From the NCBI GenBank assembly GCA_040905525.1, contig JBBDRJ010000018.1:8512-72511 (forward strand): DNA of 64,000 nucleotides, read 5' to 3'. This DNA is from Actinomycetota bacterium. GTDB lineage: Bacteria; Actinomycetota; JAICYB01. Below are positions 38,744 to 46,871 of the stretch, in pieces (the first letter of the stretch is position 1; every line of letters begins with the position of its first letter). The position numbers and the translations under genes are program-made. The notes under the pieces were generated by a model. It was not told where the DNA came from. It saw only the letters and a program-made list of their open reading frames with translations, and did no database searches.

Positions 38744-39874
38744 ATGACTGATACGGCGCGTAAGCCGCAGACCATCGAGGACCTTCAGCAGCAGACCCGC
38801 GTTTTCTCGGACTGGGCGTCCCCGAAAGGGATGAACCACGACATCCTTCCCTGGCGCCTGTGGGACAAGGGCAAGAAGCTCCACTGGGATCCCGCCGACC
38901 TCGACTTCACACAGGACGCGAAGGACTGGGCGAACATTCCGATGGAGCAGCGCCTGATGCTCGCCGGACTCGCCAACGGTTTCATGGTCGGCGAGGAGGG
39001 CGTGACCCTCGACATCATGCCGCTCGTCTTTGCGATCGCCGACGAGGGCCGTGCCGAAGAGACGCTGTTCCTCACGCAGTTCGCCTACGAAGAGGCCAAG
39101 CATGTCGACTTCTTCTCGCGTTGGTTCAAGGCCATCGGTGCCGATCCGCTCGAGATGCGCGCACTCGCGCGCTCGAACCAGGAGGCGCGCGGCGTTAGGC
39201 TTCCCGACCCCGAACAGCCGGACGGATTGTTCGAGTCGATCCTTCCGCGCACGATGCGCCGTGTACTCACCGACCGTTCGCCCGAAGCCTTCCTCGACTG
39301 CTCGGTAACGTACAACCAGTTCATCGAGGGCTGCCTGGCGATCGCCGGCTACAAGATGTGGAAGCAGATGTTCGACACGTTCGGCGTCATGCCGGGTCTG
39401 CGCAAAGGTCTCGGCCACATCCAGGACGACGAGCGCCGGCACATCGCATACGGCACTTTCCTGTGCCGCCGCATCATCTCCGAGAACAACGAGCTGGCCG
39501 AGTTCGCCGCGGAGCGCATGTACGACCTGCGCGACCACTACCTCGAGGTGTCACCGGTCGCTCGCGCCGCCGGTGGGATCCCGTCCAACGGCGACGGCCC
39601 CAAGAAGCGGTTGTCGGCCGACCAGATCATCGCCGAGGCGCGCAAGCGGGCCGAGGAGTTCGCGGCCAGTGCCGGTGGGAACGGTGACGGTGCCGGTGGT
39701 GGCGGCTACGGCGGCGACGGTGACGGCGACTTCATGCTCTTCGGCCAGGTCATGCTGAAGCAGGTCGACCGGCGCATCGAGCTGCTACGCAACGCTGCGA
39801 AGATCGACTCGGCGACGGCCAAGAGCGGTGCGGGGGCCGAGGAGATCGAGCTAGAGCTCGAGAACGTCTCTTAG
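38744..39874 (+). CDS. R2-like ligand-binding oxidase (R2lox, Mn/Fe)
   Basis: WDPADLDF, GEEGVTLD, EEAKH, VTYNQFIEG, DERRH; AGGGGGAG RBS. Confidence 0.9.
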   Translation: MTDTARKPQTIEDLQQQTRVFSDWASPKGMNHDILPWRLWDKGKKLHWDPADLDFTQDAKDWANIPMEQRLMLAGLANGFMVGEEGVTLDIMPLVFAIADEGRAEETLFLTQFAYEEAKHVDFFSRWFKAIGADPLEMRALARSNQEARGVRLPDPEQPDGLFESILPRTMRRVLTDRSPEAFLDCSVTYNQFIEGCLAIAGYKMWKQMFDTFGVMPGLRKGLGHIQDDERRHIAYGTFLCRRIISENNELAEFAAERMYDLRDHYLEVSPVARAAGGIPSNGDGPKKRLSADQIIAEARKRAEEFAASAGGNGDGAGGGGYGGDGDGDFMLFGQVMLKQVDRRIELLRNAAKIDSATAKSGAGAEEIELELENVS

Positions 39875-39877
39875 CGG

Positions 39878-40219
39878 TTGGTCGAAGACCCGCGCGAATC
39901 GCGGGAGCCCGACCTTAGGTTCAGCCTGGCCAACGAGCGCACGTTCCTTGCGTGGGGCCGCACGTGCCTGACGTTCGTGGCGACGGGACTCGTGCTTGCG
40001 CGCGTCGTTGCTCCGGAAGACGACGTGACGGTGTGGGCCGGTGTCGTCCTGATCGTGCTCGGCGCCCTGCTCGGTGTGGTTGCGTACCGCTCGTACCGGC
40101 GTAACGATCGCGCGATCCGTGAGCACACACCGATCGCGCCGTCGCGGTTGCCGCTGGTGCTGCTGATGACGATCGCGTTGGCCGCCGTAGCGGCCGTCGC
40201 ACTCAGCCTGCGCAGCTAA
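39878..40219 (+). CDS. DUF202/YidH-family small membrane protein
   Basis: EPDLRFSLANERTFLAWGRT plus 3 TM. Confidence 0.9.
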   Translation: MVEDPRESREPDLRFSLANERTFLAWGRTCLTFVATGLVLARVVAPEDDVTVWAGVVLIVLGALLGVVAYRSYRRNDRAIREHTPIAPSRLPLVLLMTIALAAVAAVALSLRS

Positions 40220-40255
40220 CCGGACGCTCCGCGAAAAAGAGGCAACCCATATCGA

Positions 40256-40322
40256 ACCGTCACCGGAACGGGACGGGATCTTGTGAATCTTTCCTCGAAA
40301 CCCGTCTCGTTCGGGTGACGGT
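40256..40322. repeat. Long inverted repeat (22-bp arms, 2 mismatches, 23-nt loop) between convergent genes
   Basis: ACCGTCACCGGAACGGGACGGG (40256-40277) versus CCCGTCTCGTTCGGGTGACGGT (40301-40322). Confidence 0.85.
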
Positions 40323-40355
40323 GGGAAAAGGGAAAGCGTGTGATCGCGGCCGGGG

Positions 40356-40811
40356 CTAACCCTCGTCGCCGCGTGCGCTGAAAGCGAACAGCCAGCGCTG
40401 TTTGCGTTGCGCGAAATACGAGATGACATCGTGGGTCGAACGTCGTCCTTCCTTGGACAACGTCACGGACTCGTGGACCTCGAGCAGCGGGACGGTGCGC
40501 GAACGCAGCAATCGCGTCTCCTTCGTCGATATTCGAAGAACTTTGCCCTGATTCCTCACCTGATCGCGCATAAGCGTCGCGAACGCCGAGGCATCGCGAC
40601 CGGGTGGCTCGGTCATCGCTTCGAACACCTCGGCCCATCTCTCGTCGCGCACGAGCTCGTGGAACCGGTCTACGGCCTCGCGTTGCTTGGCCACGTCGGC
40701 CGCGGGATCGGCCGGCCCGGTGAAGCGGACGAAGATCGAAGCCGCAACGATCACGGCCGCCGCCGCCGCACCGATCGGCGCGAATACGGAACGTCGGCGC
40801 CTTTCGCTCAT
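40356..40811 (-). CDS. Small membrane-anchored protein (possibly NTF2-like), coupled to the upstream lipase
   Basis: MSERRRR + TM, then AVDRFHELV..W.EVFE; ATG overlaps the lipase stop. Confidence 0.7.
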   Translation of the reverse strand: MSERRRRSVFAPIGAAAAAVIVAASIFVRFTGPADPAADVAKQREAVDRFHELVRDERWAEVFEAMTEPPGRDASAFATLMRDQVRNQGKVLRISTKETRLLRSRTVPLLEVHESVTLSKEGRRSTHDVISYFAQRKQRWLFAFSARGDEG

Positions 40812-41971
40812 CGATGACGACCGATCGCATTGAGGATCGCATCGAGGATCGTGACCCGGCCCCCGAGCTCGGGTTCGTCGACCATCACCCGGTCGAGCGT
40901 CACCGGGATCGAGGTGTGCACGTTGGGGATGTCGAAGTGCTCGGCGATCAGGTCGGCACAACCGGCTCGGCCTTCGCGCGGCTTGCGGCCGCACGACGCG
41001 ATGATGTCGCCGATCACGTCCGCGCCGAGCTCGATGCGCGCGCGGTGGGAGATGTCGAGCGCGTCTTCGCCCGCGTCGACCTCCGGTGTGAAGCGCTGTC
41101 CGCCGAGCTCGGGGAGCTCCCGCGGATCGGGGTCTCCGGGAAGCAGGCCGAGATCGCCGAGCGAGGGCAGCGCGAACTCGGGCAGGTCGTAGGTCAGCAA
41201 TCTCCGCCCGGCTACCAGACGGATGTCGCCCCAGAACGTGTAGTAGCTGACGTTTCGCGGAACCTCCATCGGCGCTAGCGCACGGAACAGCGCGCTGCGC
41301 GGCCGGAGGTCCATCGAGGCGGGACGCTTCAGGTCGACGGCCGATGCGGCCGCCGTCACCGATTGCAGCAATTCGGCGACGCGCTGCCCGAACACGCCCT
41401 CGAAGCGCCGGGGGATCTCGCCCGCGAATGCATAGCCCCAAGATCCGGACGCCGCGGCGTGGAGCATCACGACCGCATCGACGCGACGCTCGGCTTCTTC
41501 CCGATGCTCGGCCAGGTATGTGCGGATGATCGCGCCGCCCATGCTGTAACCGATGAGGACGACGCGACGTCCCGCGTTGGCCGCGACCTCTTCTATCTCG
41601 AGAGCGAGCTTTTCCGCATTCGGACGAACCGCGCTCTGCGAATCGTTCGGTCCTCGCGCGGCCACACCGGACTCGTCCGCCTCGGCCTTGTCCTCTATGT
41701 AGCGGAAGACGCACGGACTTCCGTTTCCCCATCCACGATCGTCCTGAGCGTTCTCCTGGCACACATCGGAGTTCGGATACTCGGACGCGACGGCCTCGAG
41801 CAGCGACTGGAACTGTCCCGGCCCACCGTCGGCGCTTGGCGTTCCCGTGTCGGCCGCGTTGGATCCCATCCCGTGAACGAAGATCACGGGCGGCGCGCCG
41901 GAAGACTGTTGCGCGGATACAGCGGGGAGTGAGGCCACGGCGAAAACGGCTGCTATGAGGAGACTCCCCAT
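40808..41971 (-). CDS. Secreted alpha/beta-hydrolase (lipase/PGAP1-like)
   Basis: Signal peptide ending VSA; PVIFVHGMGS, LIGYSMGG, late NVH. Confidence 0.82.
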   Translation of the reverse strand: MGSLLIAAVFAVASLPAVSAQQSSGAPPVIFVHGMGSNAADTGTPSADGGPGQFQSLLEAVASEYPNSDVCQENAQDDRGWGNGSPCVFRYIEDKAEADESGVAARGPNDSQSAVRPNAEKLALEIEEVAANAGRRVVLIGYSMGGAIIRTYLAEHREEAERRVDAVVMLHAAASGSWGYAFAGEIPRRFEGVFGQRVAELLQSVTAAASAVDLKRPASMDLRPRSALFRALAPMEVPRNVSYYTFWGDIRLVAGRRLLTYDLPEFALPSLGDLGLLPGDPDPRELPELGGQRFTPEVDAGEDALDISHRARIELGADVIGDIIASCGRKPREGRAGCADLIAEHFDIPNVHTSIPVTLDRVMVDEPELGGRVTILDAILNAIGRHR

Positions 41972-42006
41972 GCGACGCACGACTGATGCTCTACCATGTG
42001 CCAGCC

Positions 42007-43368
42007 GTGCGTGTCCCACGCGCGTTTCGAGCAGCGCTGGCCGGACTTGCTGCCGGCTACCTCGCCTCATTGATCGCCGCGATGTGGCTGCGCGCGTCGA
42101 CTTCGGACGCCCAGCTCGTCTGGAAGCTCGTTTCACCGCTGAAGCTCGCGTCGTGGATCCTCGCTTCGGCCCATGCCGTCCCCTTGGTCATCCGTAGCGC
42201 CGCCGGACTCACCGCGCCGGAGGCCGCCGGTTCCGTCGGACGGCTGAGCGACGTCCTCGGCAGCGAGGACGTCGCGTTCTCCTTCTCCGTCCTGCTCGTG
42301 CCGATCTCGATCCTCGCGATCACCGGCATAACCGTCGCTCTCTTCGTCAGGTGGGCGGGCCCATCGTCTCCCAAGCAGCTGCTCAGATGGTCGGGTGTCG
42401 TCGCGCTGACCCACGGCGGCGCTCTCGCGATCGTCGCGTGGATCGCCTCGGTCGATCTTCGCTTCGAAGGTGTCGTCGCTCCCGACGTCGGGCTCGGTGC
42501 CGCGACCGGACGACTGGGCTTCTCGCTCGGGCATCAGCCGTTGGTTGCGCTCGGCGTAGGCACGGCCCTGGGGGCGGCGTTCGCGCTCGCCGGTGGGATC
42601 TCGTCTCTGTCGTTGCGCGTGACGCTTGCTCCGGTGAGCCGCGTCGTCCTGCTGGGATGGATGCGTGGACTGGGCACGGCCGCCGGGATCATCACCGTGC
42701 TGCTCGCTCTCGGGGGCCTGGTTGCGCTCGTTACCGGAAAAGCGCCGTCGTTCAGTCTGTTCGCCTTTGGCGGCTACATGCTTTGGGCCAACGCCGTGGC
42801 GGCCGGCGTCGTGCTGACCCACGGCGTTTCGATGAACGTCGCTCTCGATGCCGGACCGCTCACGGGTTGGGAACGGATGGACCTTCTGCATTTCGGCGTC
42901 GGCGGGGACGCGCCGGTGCTGCTGCCGCTCGTTGCATTGATCCCAATCGCCGCGGGTGTCGTGGCCGGGCGCTTCATCCGATCCCGCACGGAGATCTCCA
43001 ACGCCGCCATCGCGTTGCGCTTCGGGATGCTCTGGGGCCTGACGCTCGCGCTCCTCTCGCTGTTGTTGCGCGTCCACGTCCTTTCGTCCTTCTCAGTTGG
43101 TGCGCTGGATCTTGGTGGCGGGGGCGCAGCCTTCGACCCGTTGATCGCGTTGGTGCTCGGTGCGGTCTGGGGTACGGCTACGTCCTACGTCGGCGCCCGG
43201 TTCATCCCGGCCCGAGCCATCACTAAGACTGCGGATGTTTCGGGAACCGAAGACGACTCGTCGCTGTGGGCGTGCACCCGCTGCCAGATGCCGAACACGT
43301 CCGAAGACGAGTTCTGCGTTTCGTGCGGGTTACCTCGCTCCTCGGCCGACGCGCCGAACCCGCCTTGA
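42007..43368 (+). CDS. Polytopic membrane protein (DUF6350/PerM- or streptophobe-like) with C-terminal zinc ribbon
   Basis: About 10 TM; WILASAH and VLTHG motifs; tail WACTRCQMPNTSEDEFCVSCG; GTG 42007 aligns with the paralog start (ATG 41986 also possible). Confidence 0.75.
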   Translation: MRVPRAFRAALAGLAAGYLASLIAAMWLRASTSDAQLVWKLVSPLKLASWILASAHAVPLVIRSAAGLTAPEAAGSVGRLSDVLGSEDVAFSFSVLLVPISILAITGITVALFVRWAGPSSPKQLLRWSGVVALTHGGALAIVAWIASVDLRFEGVVAPDVGLGAATGRLGFSLGHQPLVALGVGTALGAAFALAGGISSLSLRVTLAPVSRVVLLGWMRGLGTAAGIITVLLALGGLVALVTGKAPSFSLFAFGGYMLWANAVAAGVVLTHGVSMNVALDAGPLTGWERMDLLHFGVGGDAPVLLPLVALIPIAAGVVAGRFIRSRTEISNAAIALRFGMLWGLTLALLSLLLRVHVLSSFSVGALDLGGGGAAFDPLIALVLGAVWGTATSYVGARFIPARAITKTADVSGTEDDSSLWACTRCQMPNTSEDEFCVSCGLPRSSADAPNPP

Positions 43369-43397
43369 TAGCCTTGCTCAGCTTTCGCCTCTAGGGG

Positions 43398-44453
43398 GTG
43401 CGGTTGTTCCTTCTGACGCTGCGGGACCTGCAGTTCCGGGCCGTTCGCTTCGGTATCGCCATCATCGGAACGGCGCTGGTGTTCTCGATGGTGCTGATCA
43501 TGTCCGGACTGTCGGCGCGTTTCCGCAACGAGCCTCGGATCACCGTTGAAGGCATAGGTGGTGACCACTGGGTTGTCGCCGAAGGTGTAACGGGAGCTTT
43601 CACATCGGGCGCCACGATCCCGACGTCTTTGGCCGATGACCTCGAGGCAAACGGGGCCGACGAAGCCGATCCCGTGGCGATGGTGCGGCACACGGCCGAG
43701 GGCGATACCACGACCGACGTGTTCCTCCTCGGTCACGAGCCCGGCGGTATCGGCACGCCCGAGGCATACGAAGGCGAAGCAGAAGTCGATTCGGGAGCGA
43801 TCGTCGCGGCCGAGGAGACGAGGTTCGGCGTCGGCGACACGGTCAAGATCAGCGGCGAGGACTTCGAGGTGATCGGCCTGACGCGGAGCAGAACGATCTT
43901 CGGCGGAACGCCGATCCTGTTCATGGACCTGGCCGACGTGCAGCAGCTCGTCTACCAAGGTCAGCCTGTTGCCACATCCGTTGTCGTCAAAGGCGAGATG
44001 CCAACGATCCCGGATGGTTTCGAGGCCAAGACGACGGAGGAGACGTGGCAGGACGCGCTTCGTCCTTTAGAGAAGCCCGTCGGCGCTATCGACGTCGTGC
44101 AGATCCTGCTGTGGCTCGTGGCCGCGACGATCATCGGTGCCGTCGTGTATCTGTCCGCCCTCGAGCGGCGGCGCGACTTCGCGGTGATGAAGGCGGTCGG
44201 TGCATCGTCGCGCGGACTGCTGGCCGGCCTGGCCGCTCAGTCGATCCTCATCGCGTTGGTGGCGGCGCTCGTCGCCACCGGCATCCAGCAGCTCCTGGTA
44301 CCGGTGTTCCCGATACCGATCGAGGTGCCGGCCGGTGCGTACATCCAGCTGCCGATCCTGGCCTTGCTCGCCGGCGCGCTCGCATCGCTCGGCGGCCTGC
44401 GCAAGGCCGTGAACGTCGACCCGGCGCTCGCGTTCTCTGGACCGGGGGGCTGA
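43398..44453 (+). CDS. FtsX/MacB-type ABC permease
   Basis: N-terminal TM, large external loop, 3 TM with ERRRDFAVMKAVGA. Confidence 0.9.
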   Translation: MRLFLLTLRDLQFRAVRFGIAIIGTALVFSMVLIMSGLSARFRNEPRITVEGIGGDHWVVAEGVTGAFTSGATIPTSLADDLEANGADEADPVAMVRHTAEGDTTTDVFLLGHEPGGIGTPEAYEGEAEVDSGAIVAAEETRFGVGDTVKISGEDFEVIGLTRSRTIFGGTPILFMDLADVQQLVYQGQPVATSVVVKGEMPTIPDGFEAKTTEETWQDALRPLEKPVGAIDVVQILLWLVAATIIGAVVYLSALERRRDFAVMKAVGASSRGLLAGLAAQSILIALVAALVATGIQQLLVPVFPIPIEVPAGAYIQLPILALLAGALASLGGLRKAVNVDPALAFSGPGG

Positions 44454-44454
44454 G

Positions 44455-45693
44455 ATGCCCGATCTCGAGATCCGCGACCTGACGATCGAGTACTCCAAGG
44501 GCGGCTACGTCGTCCGTCCGATCGACGACCTGAACCTGCACGCTCCCGACGGCGAGCTCGTAGTGCTGCTCGGTCCGTCCGGTTGCGGAAAGACCACGTT
44601 GCTGTCAGTTCTCGGCGGGATCCTCAAGCCGACCAAAGGCCTCGCACTCATCGGCTCGACGAGCATCACGCACCTGGACGGCAACAACCTCAACGAGTAC
44701 CGCCGCCGCGGCGTGGGCATCTGCTTCCAGGCGTTCAATCTCATCCCCTCGCTCACCGCTCTCGAGAACGTCGCGGCACCGTTGCTCATCTCCGGCGTTT
44801 CGGGGTCGCAGGCGAAAGCTCGGGCCAGTCAGCTCCTGGCGACGGTGAACATGACCGAGCGCGAGCACCATCGCCCGGGCAACCTGTCCGGTGGCCAGCA
44901 GCAGCGCGTCGCGATCGCGCGCGCTCTCGCCTACGACCCTCCGTTGCTGCTCGCCGACGAACCGACGGCCAACCTCGACTACATCCAGGCCGAGTCGGTC
45001 ATCAGGCTTCTCCGTGAGCTGGCCGGGCCGGGGCGGCTCATCGTGGTGTCGACCCACGACGACCGCATGGTTCCCATCGCCGACAAGGTCGTCGAGCTCG
45101 CGCCGCACTTCCGGGCCGACACCGGGCCCCCGCAGCGCATGTCGTTCGATGAGGGCCAGACGATCTACGAGCAGGGTGAGCGGGGCGAGCTCATCTACGT
45201 GATCGGCCAGGGCCAGGTTGCCACCGTACGCGTGCGCGACGACCGGACCGAGGAGCCGGTTTCGAAGTTCGGTCCGGGCGATTACTTCGGCGAGCTGGGT
45301 CCGCTGCTGGATTTCCCGCGCGAGTCGACGGCGCGTGCACTGACCAAGGTGTCCGTCACCGCGTACGGTCAGCGGGATTTCAAGGAGCAGATCCTGAACC
45401 CGCAGAGAAGGCGGGAGCCGGAACGTCCGTCGATCATCGGCAGCATCGGCGCTTCGCAGATAGAGAACATCCGGCCGTCTCTGATCGGTTCGGTGCAAGC
45501 GCGCGAGATGCCGACGCCGGCTCCGCGTGCTCCGGCGGCTCAGCCGGTAGCGTCTCAGGCCACACCTTCACAACCATCTGTGGTGACGCCGGCCGGCGCG
45601 CCGCTGAAGTTCTGCGGGAACTGCGGGACACCGCGCAACTCCGGAGACAAATTCTGCGGAGTGTGCGGACGCAGCTTCCCGGTCGGCGGCTAA
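44455..45693 (+). CDS. ABC ATPase + cNMP-binding domain + Pro-rich linker + zinc ribbon
   Basis: GPSGCGKT, LSGGQQQR, LADEPT; IYEQGE..GDYFGELG..PRESTARA; KFCGNCG..DKFCGVCG. Confidence 0.9.
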   Translation: MPDLEIRDLTIEYSKGGYVVRPIDDLNLHAPDGELVVLLGPSGCGKTTLLSVLGGILKPTKGLALIGSTSITHLDGNNLNEYRRRGVGICFQAFNLIPSLTALENVAAPLLISGVSGSQAKARASQLLATVNMTEREHHRPGNLSGGQQQRVAIARALAYDPPLLLADEPTANLDYIQAESVIRLLRELAGPGRLIVVSTHDDRMVPIADKVVELAPHFRADTGPPQRMSFDEGQTIYEQGERGELIYVIGQGQVATVRVRDDRTEEPVSKFGPGDYFGELGPLLDFPRESTARALTKVSVTAYGQRDFKEQILNPQRRREPERPSIIGSIGASQIENIRPSLIGSVQAREMPTPAPRAPAAQPVASQATPSQPSVVTPAGAPLKFCGNCGTPRNSGDKFCGVCGRSFPVGG

Positions 45694-45694
45694 A

Positions 45695-46831
45695 TCACCA
45701 GCGGTCGGTCGGCGGCGCTGTGGAGCCGCAGTGCTGGCAGAAGCGGTCGGTGCCGATCCGCGGCCCCCGGCACGTCGGGCACCAAAGGATGCGGGCTCCG
45801 CAATTCCCGCAGAAGATGTCCACGGGATCGACGGTGCCCACGCAGCGCGGACAGAACAGGTTCGTCGGCGGTGAATGCGGCGGAACGCTCACCGGCCAGC
45901 TCGGCGTGTCCCCGGTCGCGGCCTGAACCGCACCCGGCGACGTGGGCGTTCCCGGGCCCTTGTAGAGCTGGAATCCCTCGGCCGGCTCCGCGGTCGACGT
46001 CAACGGGCGTCCCGCGGCCGCGGCGTGCAAAGACTCGACGAACGCCAGAGCCGCCGGATAGCGCTCGGCCGGGTCCTTGACCATCGCGCGATGGAGCACG
46101 ATGTCGATCTCGGGGCGTAGTGCCCTGTTCTTTTCGATCGCGTTCGGGGTTTCGGCGTTCGTGTGCTGCATCATCACCGCCAGCGGGTTGTCCGCGAGGT
46201 ACGGCGGATCGCCCGTCAGGCACTCGAAAGCCACGCAACCGAGCGCATAGAGGTCGGCACGGAAGTCGAGCGTTTTTCCCGCAGCTTGTTCCGGTGCCAT
46301 GTACTCGGCCGTTCCCATCCACTGTCCGGTCCCGGTCATGCCGCGCGAGCCCATGTCCTTCGAAAGGCCGAAGTCGGAAAGGTAGACGTGGCCGGCGTGG
46401 TCGATGAGAACGTTGGCGGGCTTCACGTCACGATGGACGAAACCCATCCCGTGCGCGTAGTCGAGGGCGCGCGCGACATCGGTGAGGATGTGCACGGCAT
46501 CGGCGGGAGGCAGAGCGCCGCGGCGTGTGATCACCGAGCTGAAGGTCTCTCCATCTACGAGCTTCATGGCGAGGAAGGCGAAACCTCCGTCTTCGCCCGC
46601 TTCGTACACCGGGACGATGTTCGGGTGCTCGAGCCTCGCAGCGTTGACGCCCTCGAGCTGGAAGCGCTGGAAGAACTGTTCGTCGGCGGCCAGGGCCGGG
46701 TTCAGGACCTTCAGAGCAACCGGACGATCCAGACGTAACTGGATGGCGCGGAACACGCTCGCCATTCCGCCCTTGCCGAGGAGACCCTCGACTCGGAACC
46801 CGCCTACCGTGGTTCCCGGCTCTATGCTCAC
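45695..46831 (-). CDS. Soluble Hanks-type Ser/Thr kinase with C-terminal double zinc ribbon
   Basis: GKGGMASV, VALK, HRDVKPAN, DFG, GTAEYMAPE; four CxxC in the tail; no TM or PASTA. Confidence 0.95.
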   Translation of the reverse strand: MSIEPGTTVGGFRVEGLLGKGGMASVFRAIQLRLDRPVALKVLNPALAADEQFFQRFQLEGVNAARLEHPNIVPVYEAGEDGGFAFLAMKLVDGETFSSVITRRGALPPADAVHILTDVARALDYAHGMGFVHRDVKPANVLIDHAGHVYLSDFGLSKDMGSRGMTGTGQWMGTAEYMAPEQAAGKTLDFRADLYALGCVAFECLTGDPPYLADNPLAVMMQHTNAETPNAIEKNRALRPEIDIVLHRAMVKDPAERYPAALAFVESLHAAAAGRPLTSTAEPAEGFQLYKGPGTPTSPGAVQAATGDTPSWPVSVPPHSPPTNLFCPRCVGTVDPVDIFCGNCGARILWCPTCRGPRIGTDRFCQHCGSTAPPTDRW

Positions 46832-46871
46832 AGGTCGCTTAGCTCCATCCGGCTACTAGCATGACCAAACC

